Origin: Octopus sinensis
Lineage: Eukaryota
DNA: 64,000 nucleotides
Assembly: GCF_006345805.1 (NCBI RefSeq)
Contig: NW_021836133.1
Coordinates: 1-64,000 of the forward strand
Direction of reading: 5' to 3'
The stretch's first letter is position 1; each line of letters starts with the position of its first letter. Below are positions 26,402-38,833 of this stretch, one piece after another. The notes beneath the pieces were generated by a model, which saw nothing but the letters and a program-made list of their open reading frames with translations, was not told the DNA's origin and made no database searches. The translations under genes were made by a program, and so were the position numbers.

Positions 26402-26590
26402 CGACCTTATCAAGCTGAATCTCGGTCCGTCAGCAAATGCTCCGTCAAAAACGACCTGCCGCGCGGCGCGATCTTGTGTGGGCTCGTGAAAAGATCATCG
26501 AGCGAAAATGAGGTCCCTGGGTGCATCGGGATCATGTGACTTTCGTTTGACTCTTATAGTGGTCTTGGCGGTAAAATAAATAATAATAAC
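26402..26590 (+). mobile_element. Solo 3'-UTR of an I/Jockey-like LINE with TAA tail
   Basis: Homologous to 55696-55885; ends GGCGGTAAAATAAATAATAATAAC. Confidence 0.6.
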
Positions 26591-26724
26591 ACTTAAAGGA
26601 CAGGTTGCCCATAGGAACCTGATTACTCATGTCACAAGATATCAGTTGGAAATACGAACTTTTACGGATGGATCAAGATATATATGAAAACACAAGAAAA
26701 TATCCTCTGTATGACCAGATAGAT

Positions 26725-28902
26725 CAGAGGTTTCCAAATGGGGAGGCGCGCCTCCCTAGGGAGGCGTTGACTCGTGTCAAGGGAGGCGCGAAAAGTATTT
26801 CAGAAACATTTTTAGAAAATTATATCTATGTAAAAACGTGACTATATTCCGATAATAAGAGTTATTAATTTAAAAATTATATTTTTTCAAAAATTTATTA
26901 ATTTATTAGACAATTAAATAATTTTAAACACAAATAAATTCTTGAGTGGTTGCAAAAGAAAATTCACGAATAATAAAGATTTTGACGATGGTTCAAAAAA
27001 TCAAAATGATTGGAATATAATCAATACCACTCCAAAGACAAGAAAATACTTTCCATCTTACTTATTGTTAGGATTCACACGTATCTTTGTTGATTCTATG
27101 GAAAAACCCCTCTGTTTGCTTTGCCTCAAAACACTTGCAGCAGATAGTATGAGGCCATGCAAATTAAGAAGACATTTTGAAACGATGCATTCTGAACATG
27201 TCCATAAGTCTGAAGAATTTTTTAAAAGAAAATTAGAAGAGTTTGATAACCAAACGAAATCGTTAAAAAAACTGTTTCTGTCTCTTCAAATGCTTTACTA
27301 GCATCGTACAAAGTTTCTTACAGGATTGCAAAATGCAAGAAACCGCACAATATCGGAGAAACTCTAGTTTTGCCAGCAGCTATCGATATGGTTGAAGCAA
27401 TGTTTGGCGAATCCTATGCAAAACAATTACAGCAAATACCGCTTGCTGATACACAGTCGCTAGAAGAATTGATGACATATCTGAAGATCTTTGTGATCAG
27501 TTGGTTTCTCGACTACGTAACTGTAAATTTGCTATACAAGTTGATGAGGGAGCTGACATAAATAAAAATGCACATTTAATTGCATATGTCAGATATGCTG
27601 AAGAAAGTACAATAATAGAAGATCTATTATTCTGCAAACCATTTCCTGGAAGGAGCACGGCCAATGAAATTTTTAATATAATTGATACTTTTTTTGAAGA
27701 AAATAACATAGAATGGATCAATTGTGTTGGACTTTGTACAGACGGAGCACAGTCAATGTCAGGAAATAAATCTGGTCTTCAAGCTCTTGTAAAAAACAGA
27801 GCACCAGAAATTATCTGGACGCACTGCATGCTGCACAGATCAGCACTTGTCTCAAAGAATATGAGTCCAGAACTGAACGATATTTTTGCGCAAATTACAA
27901 AAGTTATAAACTACATAAAACACAGTCCTTTAAGAGCTAAGCTTTTTGCAAAGCTGTGTGAAGATATGGATTCAAAATATACATCGCTTTTATACTATTG
28001 TGAGGTACGCTGGCTATCTCGTGCAAAAGTGATTAGAAGGGTGTTTGAACTCAAAGATCAAGTTGCAGATTTTCTTGATGAAGATGCAAATTTGTTCAGG
28101 GATGATGATTTTATTGTCAAATTTGCCTATTTAGTTGACATTTTTGGGAAATTGAGTATATTGAATAAATCAATGCAGGGACCACAACTACATTTATTCT
28201 CTCAAAAGGACAAAATAAAAGCATTTATGAAAAAATTGGTATTATGGAAATCAAATATACAAAAAAAATCTATGACATGTTTCCACTTTTAAACACCTTT
28301 TGCGCCATAGTGAACATTGAAGCAAACAAAGACATATTTGCTGAACATTTGGATTGTTTGTTGAAGCATTTTGCTCACTATTTTAAAGATCTCGACTGTA
28401 AAATGTTCGAATGGATACAGAATCCATTTATTGATGAAGAAGATAATCAATTTGCATTGACAACTTTTGAAAAAGAAAAATTGATAGAATTGTCATGCGA
28501 TACATTATTGAAACAAAAAATTTGAGAGAGAACCGCTAATTTCTTTTTGGTTGAATGTAAGAACGGAATATGAAATTTTGTCGAATAAAGCAATGAAAGT
28601 TTTGTTGCCATTTGCTACTTCATATTTATGCGAAACTGGATTTTCTGCACTAGCTGCAATTAAATCTAAATATCGAACTCGTTTAGTAGTGACTAATGAG
28701 CTAAGAGTAGCACTCTCTGCGATGACACCAAGATTTGAAAAACTTTGCGCCAAGATGGAAAAAAAATTATCTCATTAACTTTTTGTTTTAAAAATTGTTT
28801 TGATAAAATAATAATTGTATTATATTATGGAATATAAAGGGAGGCGCAAGATTGTACTTTTTCTCTAAGGGAGGCGCGTAAAAAAAAGCTTGGAAACCTC
28901 TG
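26725..28902 (+). mobile_element. Full-length hAT/Buster (ZBED5-like) transposon, frameshifted transposase 26942-28778
   Basis: 13-bp TIR CAGAGGTTTCCAA; TSD AGATAGAT at 26717-26724 and 28903-28910. KPLCLLC..MRPCKLRRH, FAIQVDE, CTDGA, HCMLHR, EVRWLS, PFATSYLCETGFS. Confidence 0.95.
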
Positions 28903-31034
28903 AGATAGATACATCTGCATTGGAATTGTTGATATTGCAAAGACAAAAATGGAGAAGAGATTACTGAATTGTTTCGGAAAATTTTTTATGCATATCAACT
29001 ACCAACAATTCTGCATACCGACAATGGTAGAGAATTTAAAAATTCTAAAATGCATGCGATGTGCCTCGAGTTCGGCACTAAACAGATATTTGGTAGACCT
29101 CGTGCCCCTTGGATACAAGGTCAAGTTGAAAGGTAGATACAAGTTAATTTAACATTAAGATTCAATCAATCAATAAAAAAGTGGATTTCGTCAACAACTG
29201 CTTCAGAGAATAAATTTGGCAGTTATTTAACCTGCCTTAAACGAATTGTATTCATGTACAACACCATTCACGAGACAACAAGAAAAATATCATTCGAAAT
29301 TTTTATCGGAGCCAAATATCCGAATGAAGTTTGCCTTGAAGATTATCGTTTCGCATTGTGGACATAACACTCTCGAGTACATGTGCATGAAAGATACTTC
29401 ACTGTAAAACGACAAATAATTCGAAAAATTGTTGCCGATTGTGAATTTGCAAATTTTCAACTCCCTTGAGACTAGGGGATGAAGAAAATCATGTGATTGC
29501 CAATCGTCCAAATGAAAAAATTCCAGATGGATTTAATTGATCTGAGAGGTATCAATTTTTTGTATTATATATTAAAGATATAAAAAAACAAATGAAACTA
29601 TAGCATGGCTTTTAACGGTCATTGACGTCTCTCGAAGTTTGCATTCACTCAAAACCTAAAACATAAAAGCGGAATTGACGTTGCTGAAAATCTCAAAAAA
29701 ATTTTCTACGTTTTGGACTGTGTCAATATTTGCACTCGGATAATGGAACTGAATTCAAAAATCCACATGTCACTGCCTTGTGTGAATGTTTCAACATTCA
29801 ACAGATACACAGTAGGCCAAACAATCCGAGAAGTCAAGGCATCATCGAGCGTTTTGAAATGGCTTGGGAAGATGTGTCTGAAAAAACGATTGCAAATTGT
29901 TTCGGAATTTTAAGCAACCCATTCAAAAAGAATCATGTAGTTGAAGTTCAAGATATTGCAGTAGAAAAAACTGACATTTTTGATCCCTTAGAATTCGAAG
30001 AATTTCTTAATTTTGAATATTCTGAAAATGATACATTTCAAGACGTTGAGGATATTGAAAATATAAAAAATGAAGAAGAAATAGAAGCTGAAGTAAAATC
30101 CAATGAAGTAGAATCCAAAGATTCAATTGACAAAGAAGACATTGTGGTTAAGTTAACTAAAACTGAAAACGACCTCCTAAAAAACATTGAGAACGAACAT
30201 GAAGTTCAATTGATTACATCCATAAGGCGCTATAAGGAAAATGTCATTAAAACTCAAAAAAGCAGCAGATGGGCATCCAATTCTACTTTAAGAACATTAA
30301 TAATGCTTAATTACTTAAAATTTTCTGGATAAAAGTTGTTCTTATTCAAAATTTAATTTACACAAAAGATTGATTTTATTTCTCAAATTGGCCATTTCTC
30401 GAATTGACCACAAAACACGTGGAACCAAAAATGGCCAATTTCAGAGGAGTAACTGTATTTGCAAATAGAATAATGGAACTGAATTTAAAAATCAACATGT
30501 CAATGCCTTGTGTGAATGTTTCAACATTCAACAGATACACAGTAGGCCAAACAATCCGAGAAGTCAAGGCATCATCGAGCGTTTTAACCAGACGGTTACG
30601 AGGTCGCTACGAGGTCGGCTCGTTCAAATTTAATTTTCCTCCGACAAATTTGAATTCGTTATATTACAGAAAAATGAATCGAAAAATGGGAGTACATCAA
30701 TCAAAATATGCTTTTGAATTGGGCAACAAGGTAAAGTAAAAAAATATATTTATAAATAGGTTAAGATTCTTAAAGATTATGGGACCAACCCAGCACTATC
30801 GTTGAATAAATTTGAAAGCATTTATAGCAAAGAAGGAATAATAACAAAAATATTCACACACAATGTTTTAGAGGTCGAAATGCAAGATGGAAAGACAATA
30901 AAAACACACATGAAGAGAATTAAGAAGACGACTTAATTGAGATTTTAACATGATTTAAATTTTTAACATGATTTAAAATTAAAATTGAAATAATTTGAGT
31001 TTTCATTGAATTCCATAAAAAAAATTTATAAGCA

Positions 31035-31541
31035 TTTGTTGTCCCAGTCCTAATGTACAATGGATCGACGTGGGGAATCAGTAAGACCGATATGAACAAT
31101 TTGGACCGATTTCATCGGAACCAACTGAGAAGAGTGATAAACATGCAATTCTCAAGGAAAATAGCAAATTCCACCCTATACAAAAGATGCAATTCGAGAC
31201 CGATCTCTATGGACATCCTGGAGTCCAGATGGCGACTCTTTGGACACAATAAGACTTGACAGCCTCACTCCGCCGAATATCGCGATGGAAAACTACTTTG
31301 CCCATTCCAAAGGAGACTTCCGTGGAAGACCCAGGGTCACTCGGCTACCACGCTAAATGAAGATCTAGCTGGAATTAATAAAAAACTGAAAAATGGCGAT
31401 GATCTCGACTCACTCAGGACGATCGCAACTGACCGGAGAGCCTGGAGACGCATGACCGGGAGAATTTCAATGGTGGCACAAGGAAAGCTTAATTAACTTA
31501 TGACTTTTCCGAAAGTGCTTTATAATAATAATAATAATAAT
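31035..31541 (+). mobile_element. 5'-truncated RTE-clade LINE
   Basis: VVPVLMYNGSTW..LRRVI..RWRLFGH..RGRP. (TAA)n tail; 12-bp TSD AATTTATAAGCA at 31023-31034 and 31542-31553. Empty site at ~45993 and ~51210. Confidence 0.9.
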
Positions 31542-31639
31542 AATTTATAAGCAGACCATAATAGAAAAAGTAAAATCAATGAATACTGAACGCTAATCTG
31601 GTTCAAATTCTGAAGTTAATGATTTTCTCATTAATATAA

Positions 31640-31875
31640 GAGCAAAAATAAAATTATATAGTCGCGAAAATGTCTATAATGCAGATGAGACAGGATTATT
31701 TTATAAAGCTCTTCCATGTAAAAGCATTTGCAAGATCAAGAGATATGGACATAAATTATTGAAGGATCGAATATCGATAATGTTCTGTTCAAATATGACT
31801 GGGACCGATAAATAAACTCTCGAATCCGCCGTATTTCCAGGTCCCAAATTTGGCGGATTCGAGAGGTTTTACTAT
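31640..31875 (+). mobile_element. pogo relic with right TIR (also ~46105-46330 and ~51325-51540)
   Basis: NVYNADETGLFYKALP..KDRISIMFCSNMTG, followed by a terminus reading TAGTAAAACCTCTCG on the minus strand. Confidence 0.8.
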
Positions 31876-32537
31876 ATAACCAAATTAGTTTCGCCTTTTC
31901 AAGGCCATTGCTTAATAAGTCGGCAATTGAAGTATGCCACTATTTGGAGGATCTTTTCTACGTACATGGGCCATGTAAAAATTCTACAGTCGGATAACGG
32001 GACAGAATTTAAAAATGCAGAAATTCAAAGTTTATGTCAAAGGTTCAGATACTTCACATTCATGGAGGACCAAACAATCCCTAATCTCAGGTTATTCCAC
32101 TTCGGATAGATGGCTTTGTTAACTTCTAGTAAATAACAGTTTCATTCAAATTATAAAGATTCGAATTATTTCAAATTGCCGGGTTTTAGTGAAGCTTTTT
32201 TTGCAAGAAATAGAACAATTTGAAGATTATATTAATTCTGATCGCGATCCAACATCTTTTAAAGATGTCGACAAGAAAAAAAGATACAGACTAAGAAAAG
32301 AACATAATATGGATCACTTTGGACGTCTATTCGACAAACTTCGTAATCGTTATTACGATGTTACCCGATCCGAAGTTGCTCAGATTGTGTCAAAATGTTC
32401 ATTTTGTCAGGTATTTTTTTGATCTATATTTGTCAGTCAAAGAAATTGATGGCTACAAAGCCTCAAATAACTCCTATAATCGCTAAGAGACCTCGTGACA
32501 GATACATCGCTGATTTCGTGACATATAATATAAGATT

Positions 32538-32965
32538 CAATATCACAAAAGTATAAATAAGTAAAAAAGGAGATTAAAAGAAACAAAATCGGAAAATATC
32601 ACCAAAAATATAAATAGAAATAAGTAAAAAAGAAGATTAAAGAACACCTCGAAAAATATCGCAAAAAGTATAAATAGGTAAAATAAAGGAGATTAAAGGA
32701 ATAAAATCGAAAAATATCACAAAAAATAAAAATATAAATAAGTAAAAAAGGAGATTAAAGGAACAAACTCGAAAAATATCACAAAAAGTATAAATAAGTA
32801 AAAAAAGGAGATTAAAAGAACAAAATCGAAAAATATCACAAAAAATATAAATAGAAATAAGTAAAAAAGGAGATTAAAGGAACAAACTCAAAAAATATCA
32901 CAAAAAGTATAAATAAGTAAAAAAAGGAGATTAAAGGAATAAAATCGAAAAATATCACAAAAATG
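32538..32965. repeat. A-rich minisatellite, ~7 units of 57-62 bp
   Basis: Unit AATATCACAAAAAGTATAAATAAGTAAAAAAGGAGATTAAAGGAA(T/C)AAA(A/C)TCGAAA. Confidence 0.95.
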
Positions 32966-33324
32966 ATGAACTTTCAGATAATTAAATCATTAAAAGAAAA
33001 TACATCTTGAAATATTCCTTCTGAATCCAATTAAGATAAAAAAACTAAAGTGTAGCAAATAATTAAGAGAGCACCACAAAGTAAATCAACAGCGTGTTCA
33101 CACGTGGCTTAATTTATTAGGTATTAGGTTTACCATTTTAAAATTAAGATAATTAATAATAATTAATGAAAAAAACTTTATTTTTATTACAAAACAGTTT
33201 TGAATGTCAGTAATTCTCACCTTTAGAGAGAGCAAGGATCTAATAATAACCCGATTATTGAAAAAGGTTATTTAAAATTAATTAATCTTCGCTATACCAA
33301 TTGTAACTACTTCCTCCACTTGAT

Positions 33325-33420
33325 GCTAAATTGGCAGCGAAGAGTGTATGCCTCCGCCTCAGCTCAGAATTTGCTCCTTACCAACTCGGGGTGGGGATCG
33401 CCAACGGTTGCGAGTCCGAC
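33325..33420 (+). mobile_element. CRE RT micro-relic (also ~47783-47878 and ~52998-53093)
   Basis: KLAAKSVC..PYQLGVGIANGCES matches the CRE RT at 855-960. Confidence 0.7.
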
Positions 33421-33719
33421 ACCGCCAATTTATTTTTTGTATATCAATCTTCCCTGGTGACATAACTACCGAATTAGCAGTTATTTTTTGTTTTTTGCGG
33501 TGCAAGTGATTTCAATCTTCATTGCTATTTCGAATTTGCTTGGAGCGATTTATGGTTTTATGCCTGAAAAGTTGAATATTTTTTTATCTAAAAAAATATT
33601 GTTGTCACCACGCCTCGGAAAATAAGTGCAAAGTAACATATATTAGCAATAAAGTTAAACTCTGAAAAGAACACGTAATTATTAGTTATTCAATTTCCGT
33701 TTTTGTAATTTGTAGTATT

Positions 33720-34235
33720 TTTTTACATCAAACTCACCCTCTTAGGGCCCACGTATAATGCACCGATGGGCAGATTCATGTCAACGCAGAGTCTAGATTC
33801 AGGAACTACCTCTTTAACAGGCATCGATAACCCGTGCCTTGTCTCGGCTTGCATGCTTTCTAAGGTCTTCCGCAACACCAGTGTCTCGATGTATGCCTTC
33901 ACCCTGTCCTCCATGCCAAGCACCGCCAGATGATTTTTGAAGAATTTTGACACTATTCCGTCTCAGGTCATGACGACAGGAACGATCTTTACTTTCGCCC
34001 GGTAGATCGCTCCCAGTCCATTCGCCACCTAATCGTACTTTCACTTCGACCTGCTTGAAACAAATTTTTGAGGTGGTCTCAACTTCGATAAGAGTAATTG
34101 TGTTGCTCGATTTGTCATGAAAAAATATGTCTGGCTTGTTATTCTGGTTAGAATTATCAGTCGGTAGGTTTTTATCGACTCGAATTTCTACAAATTCATT
34201 GGTAGTAACAGATTGGACTGAACATTCTAAATATA
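33720..34235 (-). mobile_element. R4-like RLE-domain relic
   Basis: VQSV..VEIRVDK..NKPDIF..ITLIEV..KQVEV; VKAYIETLVLRKTLESM. Confidence 0.8.
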
Positions 34236-34399
34236 AGAAATAAAATAAGCCGGTTCTTCAGCCTGGGCAAATTTTTTTGAAAAAACTTTTTAAACGTATG
34301 TTTTTGCAGAATATTCTTATTTCGTTGTCATTATAAATATTTTCAGGTTCATATTTTCCCAATTTTGTGCAAATCACTAAAATAAAACAATTGATTTCA

Positions 34400-34740
34400 T
34401 CTTCAAGGTTTACGTCAGTCATATAAGACTATCCGTGAAAAGTTCTTAACTTTATATTGCTCCGTTTCTTGGATTTATAAAGCCACCCATTGCTACCCTT
34501 AAAATCAATGAATCCGTGTAGATCGGCAACTTTTTTCGCTTTCAAAAAAATAGAATTGTCGTCAATGAATCCGCCACAAAGTTTGATATGTTCCATCAAT
34601 GTCATAACTTCTGTATTAATGGTTGAATATGTTAAAATGAATGGAAGTTTTTTGCTTGAGAAAAAAGAATCACTATCAAGTATTTTTTCTCAATCCTGAG
34701 ATCATTGATTGATCTTGGTTAAATTTTATCTTAAACTTGA
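34400..34740 (-). mobile_element. pogo N-terminal relic (also ~48290-48600 and ~53500-53810)
   Basis: IFLKAKKVADLHGFIDFKGSNGWL, a CENP-B/Tc5 HTH motif. Confidence 0.7.
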
Positions 34741-35683
34741 AGAAAAAACAGAGGCTATATGTTCTATTGTTATATGTATGTTATCATCGATGTAGGCTAT
34801 TATGTGTCTTTTATCATTATACTTTAGTCTGATACACTTTCGCATGTTAAATAAAGCGTCGTCAAGATTATTTTATATTAAAAGATAGTTGAACTAAAAA
34901 AATTTTTAACATTGAAAAATAGCGGTGAGATTTAGAATTTAGCAAGCAATGGAGGTTTTTTTAGAAATTTTCAATTTTTCGAAAAAAGGTGTCGAGCAAA
35001 AGAGGTTTGACCTCTACATTGAAAAGTTGTCTATTGATCTAAATAAATCTAAATACAGTCTTGACGAAAACACTGGAGAGTATGATGGTCGAACCAAGAA
35101 TATAATCAAAATCCTTGAAAAGGAGATAAACTCAGCCGGGAGTTTCATCATTGACGCAAATCATTTGTATGAAGATAACATGGAAAGTGAGAAAAAAATC
35201 GTAACTGACTGAAAATAAAGTATTAGTTTTCTTTATTTCTTCCTCTTAAAGAAGCTTAATTTTCACCCAATAACTAGCGGATTAATACGTTTGGAATAAA
35301 TTATTCAACACAAGTGTGTTTCTCCATCAGTTATTTACAATATTATTATTAAAAATGTGTTCTCCACATTCGGAACTTGCTCAGTCAAAAAAATACTCCC
35401 GGTTATAATGTAACAGATAATCTTGGGAATATTTTTAAAAAGATATTTGAAATGTCAGAAACTAATGAGGAAATAAATGAAATAATTGTTATCTTAAAAC
35501 GCTGTTAATTTATATGACTTTTAAAGAAATTTGAGACAACTTTATTTCATGTAAAGACCTCCCGAATAATCTTTACTTTTGCTATATAAAGAACCGACTG
35601 TTTGTTTGCAGACAGGTTGTATCTGTAAAATTTCTCTACTTCAATTTGCTTTAAGTGATTTTGTATTCGAAAATAATGTTAAA

Positions 35684-36184
35684 TGTCACAGTCCAAACGT
35701 GTAAGACGCCAGGGCATGATAAGCTTAATTACAGGTTTAGTCGCAAGCATTTTTTAATACAAAACTTGTTAAAAATAATAAATAACCTGACAATAAACGC
35801 CAAACTTCAATGTATTTTAGCTTAAATTCAGCTTTCTCAATACAAAAGAATCTCAACTCTCGACCATTTTTAGTAATGTAGGCTGCGGATTTTTTGAAAC
35901 TAAAAATTTCGGCATATCGTTTGATTTTTGACCTTTCCCTCCAGTCAATGAATTCGTCAAGTGGTTTGGATTCAGTGAAAATCTTAATTTTTTTCAATTG
36001 TTTCGCGTGTTAATTCCATTAGAATCATATTTTATAAGAAATAAGTAAAATAAAACTATATAATAAGTTTTATTTTTGTATTATTAATAATTTCTTCAAA
36101 TGAAGAGTTTTCTGAAAAAATATTTTTTGGTATTTTAAGCATTGACTTCGGCGCCCTGGCGTTTCGCAGCTCTGGACTGTGACA
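35684..36184 (-). mobile_element. Non-autonomous Ginger-like TIR element (~500 bp)
   Basis: TIR TGTCACAGTCCA...ACGCCAGGGC; 5-bp TSD TTAAA at 35679-35683 and 36185-36189. Internal 86-aa ORF. Confidence 0.85.
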
Positions 36185-36269
36185 TTAAATATTGTAGTTT
36201 AACAAATAAATTAAAAATATAGAATTTTTTAGATTTGAAAAAACTATTTTAACTTTAGTTATTTAGTGC

Positions 36270-37050
36270 AATATCCGATGGGCATCGAATCCAAATTCTT
36301 TTAAAGCGGACCACAGCTTGTCGTGTATAACTAAATCGAAAGCTTTCCGATAGTCAATAAAGCAAATGTATACACTCTTTTGGGATTTATGGGTTTTCTC
36401 TATAATTCATCGGACATTTGCTATATGGTCAAATGTACCTCTCCCCTTGTTGAATCTTGCTTAGATAGCCGGTCAAATTATTTTGGCATTTGGCATTAGA
36501 TGATGTTGTATTGTATTTAAAAATATTTTGTACGATACTTTGAGCAGTCCGTAATTCGTCGTAAAGTAAATGTTGTCAAACCCCGGTGTTTTGTTGCCTG
36601 TAATTGCCGTGTTGTCCACACTCATTACAGGATTTTATGTCCCTCACCCAAAAATACTTCATCAAGATATATAGACTGACACACAGTTTTTAAATTGAGA
36701 CCTTTTCCGTATTCTCTCCAACGATTCCAGAGAGTTTAGCAGCTTTACAAACCTCAGCAATGTTTAGGGTGTTGACACTTTTATTTGACATTTTATTGCA
36801 CATCGTTCCAAAATCATCAGGAATCCTTCCGTTCAATTTATTAATTCAATTTGTGCTCAACTTCCGTGCTGTATGGTATGTTTGAGACATCGAATTTCAT
36901 TAATCGGAAAATATTCGAAGTTTTACTGTCAAAATTCAACACAACTAATTCAAGTGTTCTCAAAATAGTTTCAAAGCTTTCTCTAATTACTCCTTCACCT
37001 AAATAGCATAGGTTACCTTCAATACTATTCCTTTAGGAACATGGTGATAA
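36270..37050 (-). mobile_element. Decayed RTE-type RT relic
   Basis: DHIANVR*IIEK..VYICFIDYRKAFDLVIHDKLW. Confidence 0.75.
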
Positions 37051-37433
37051 ATCTAATCCTATATAAACAGTAGAAATCCAATTTTTTTATGGGGAACTAT
37101 ATTTACAGATATACATCCTATATGTCTTTTCTATCGACCAAATTGAACTGAATAAAGGTTTGGTTTATTAAAATCAAGTCAAAATAATATTTAAAGGATT
37201 AATTATTCCATAATAATTTTAATTTGGTGAAAAAGAATGTCTCAGCACCAGTGACGTAAACCGACAAAATTCTCAGGACAGCATTCACGTAAAAAATAAA
37301 TTAACAAACTAACTGAATATTTTAAGCGCAAAAAACATAGTTCAGTTTTTTACGTAAGAAAAAATATCAACAAATATCCAACAAAAAACATTTAAAATAT
37401 CAAACATTTTATTAAAAAATAATATAAAAAATA

Positions 37434-38302
37434 TTATTTATGTACATTTTTATAATGTTCATTCATTTTTTGCTATCATATTAGTAGTATGAATTCTACT
37501 TTAGAGGAAAAAGTCAAAGAGCACCCATCTCCAAATTTACAAGGAAAAGTGACCCCTTTATGTACTCGATTTATATGGCTTTGAAGATTGGATTTTGTTG
37601 TGTATTTTTTTAGGCAGAGGGGAAATTCGCAAGTAAAAACTTTCAGTTTTTTATTCGTATTGCACAATAAAGACATATTTTGATTGTGTGAGTGTAATGA
37701 TCGTTTTGATAGAAAAGACGTACCACAGTGATCACAAATAAACTCTGTTACAAATATTATTAATTTAATATATTAAAATTAAATTTGAAATTTAAAATGC
37801 AAATAGTATTTAAATATACCCTTCTGTTTATGTTGACGTTTGTGGATACAAAATTGTTTCCAAAAAATATTATCTCTCACATGTTTCCTGGTGTGACAAA
37901 AAAGTTGTCTTTTATTTGAAAATGTGGCATCACATTGATTGAATTTACATTTCAAGCTCAAATTTGAATGAAATCTATTTTTGTGTCGAGATAAGGTTTG
38001 TTTAGACACAAAAGTGGCATTACAATCCTCGAATGGACAACTTTAAATTTTAAAAATGCTAATAAACTTTAATTTTGTTGTTTCTTGTGGTTTGGTGGGA
38101 TGACTGATGGATTGATGTCTTAATAAATGTTGTTTGCGTGTATATGCTTTGTTACACCAGTCAATATTGCAGATATATGGTCTCTATTAATATTTTTGTT
38201 ATAATTAGTCATTACTTCGTCTAAATGTGTTCGAATGTGTGCTTCTAATTTGTATGGACGAGTAAATGACTTTTCACATGATTTAAACGTGCAGGGATGC
38301 AT
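37434..38302 (-). CDS. GTF3A: TFIIIA-like C2H2 zinc-finger gene, 5 exons
   Basis: CTFKSCEKSFTRPYKLEAHIRTH / RPYICNIDWC..; CEFPLC.KKYTTKSNLQSHI..H matches finger 8. Introns 38184-38215 (32 nt) and 37473-37499 (27 nt), plus 27-nt and ~74-nt introns. The frame is open, but the finger-5/6 region looks shortened. Confidence 0.75.
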
Positions 38303-38439
38303 TTTATTATTGTTTTTTTTTAAAATTATTAATATTTTTAATTTAATAAATAATTTGTTTGTATTACCTATAATATTGAAAAAATATATTATAAATAAAT
38401 AAATTTGGATCGGCTATCGTTTAACCTTTATATTGGGTG

Positions 38440-38833
38440 GCACACGTGAAGATTATGACCTCCCAATATAAAAAATCCCCCCACCAAATTTACCAAAGTT
38501 TCTCATCCGAGACTACCCAAATCACCCAATTTACACAAAATACCAAAAGACCGAGAATTTTTATCATTTCTGGGTAAAGTTCTCTCTCAACTGCTTCAAA
38601 CATAATACAAATTGATATCAGATCAAGAAATATGTTATTCATAAGTCCTGAAAACTTACTATAGTCCAAGAGAATGTGAAATCAGTCGGATAAAAAAGAC
38701 AAGAAGTATTCCACGTTCCATATGCCAAATCAACTACAGTAGATGACAGATTTACTAACAAAAATAAGACAATACAACGATATTTGGGGTCAGAACAAAT
38801 ATTTTTAACCACTGAGCCGATAAAGTTAGCCAC
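38440..38833 (-). pseudogene. ZnT5/ZnT7-like cation-efflux zinc transporter pseudogene
   Basis: LFLLVNLS..VDLAYGTWNTS, frameshift, LSD*FHILLD, deletion, then GLMNNIFL..IMFEAVER. Confidence 0.75.

Larger units (their letters stand above)
28940..32520 (+). mobile_element. Cluster of four Ginger/KRBA2-like integrase relics plus a pogo C-terminal piece
   Basis: LHTDNGREFKN..RPRAPWIQGQVER; FQMDLIDL..WLLTVIDV; LHSDNGTEFKN..SQGIIERF (twice); KDYGTNP tail; ILQSDNGTEFKN; HFGR..YYDVTRSEV..CSFC..PIIAKRPRDRYIAD. Confidence 0.75.

Noticed and set aside
32538-32965. CRISPR array
   Set aside because: Contiguous tandem units with no unique spacers, no cas genes, eukaryotic context.
34949-35212. 87-aa ORF as a triplicated functional gene
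   Set aside because: Frameshifted in the other two copies; no recognisable domain.
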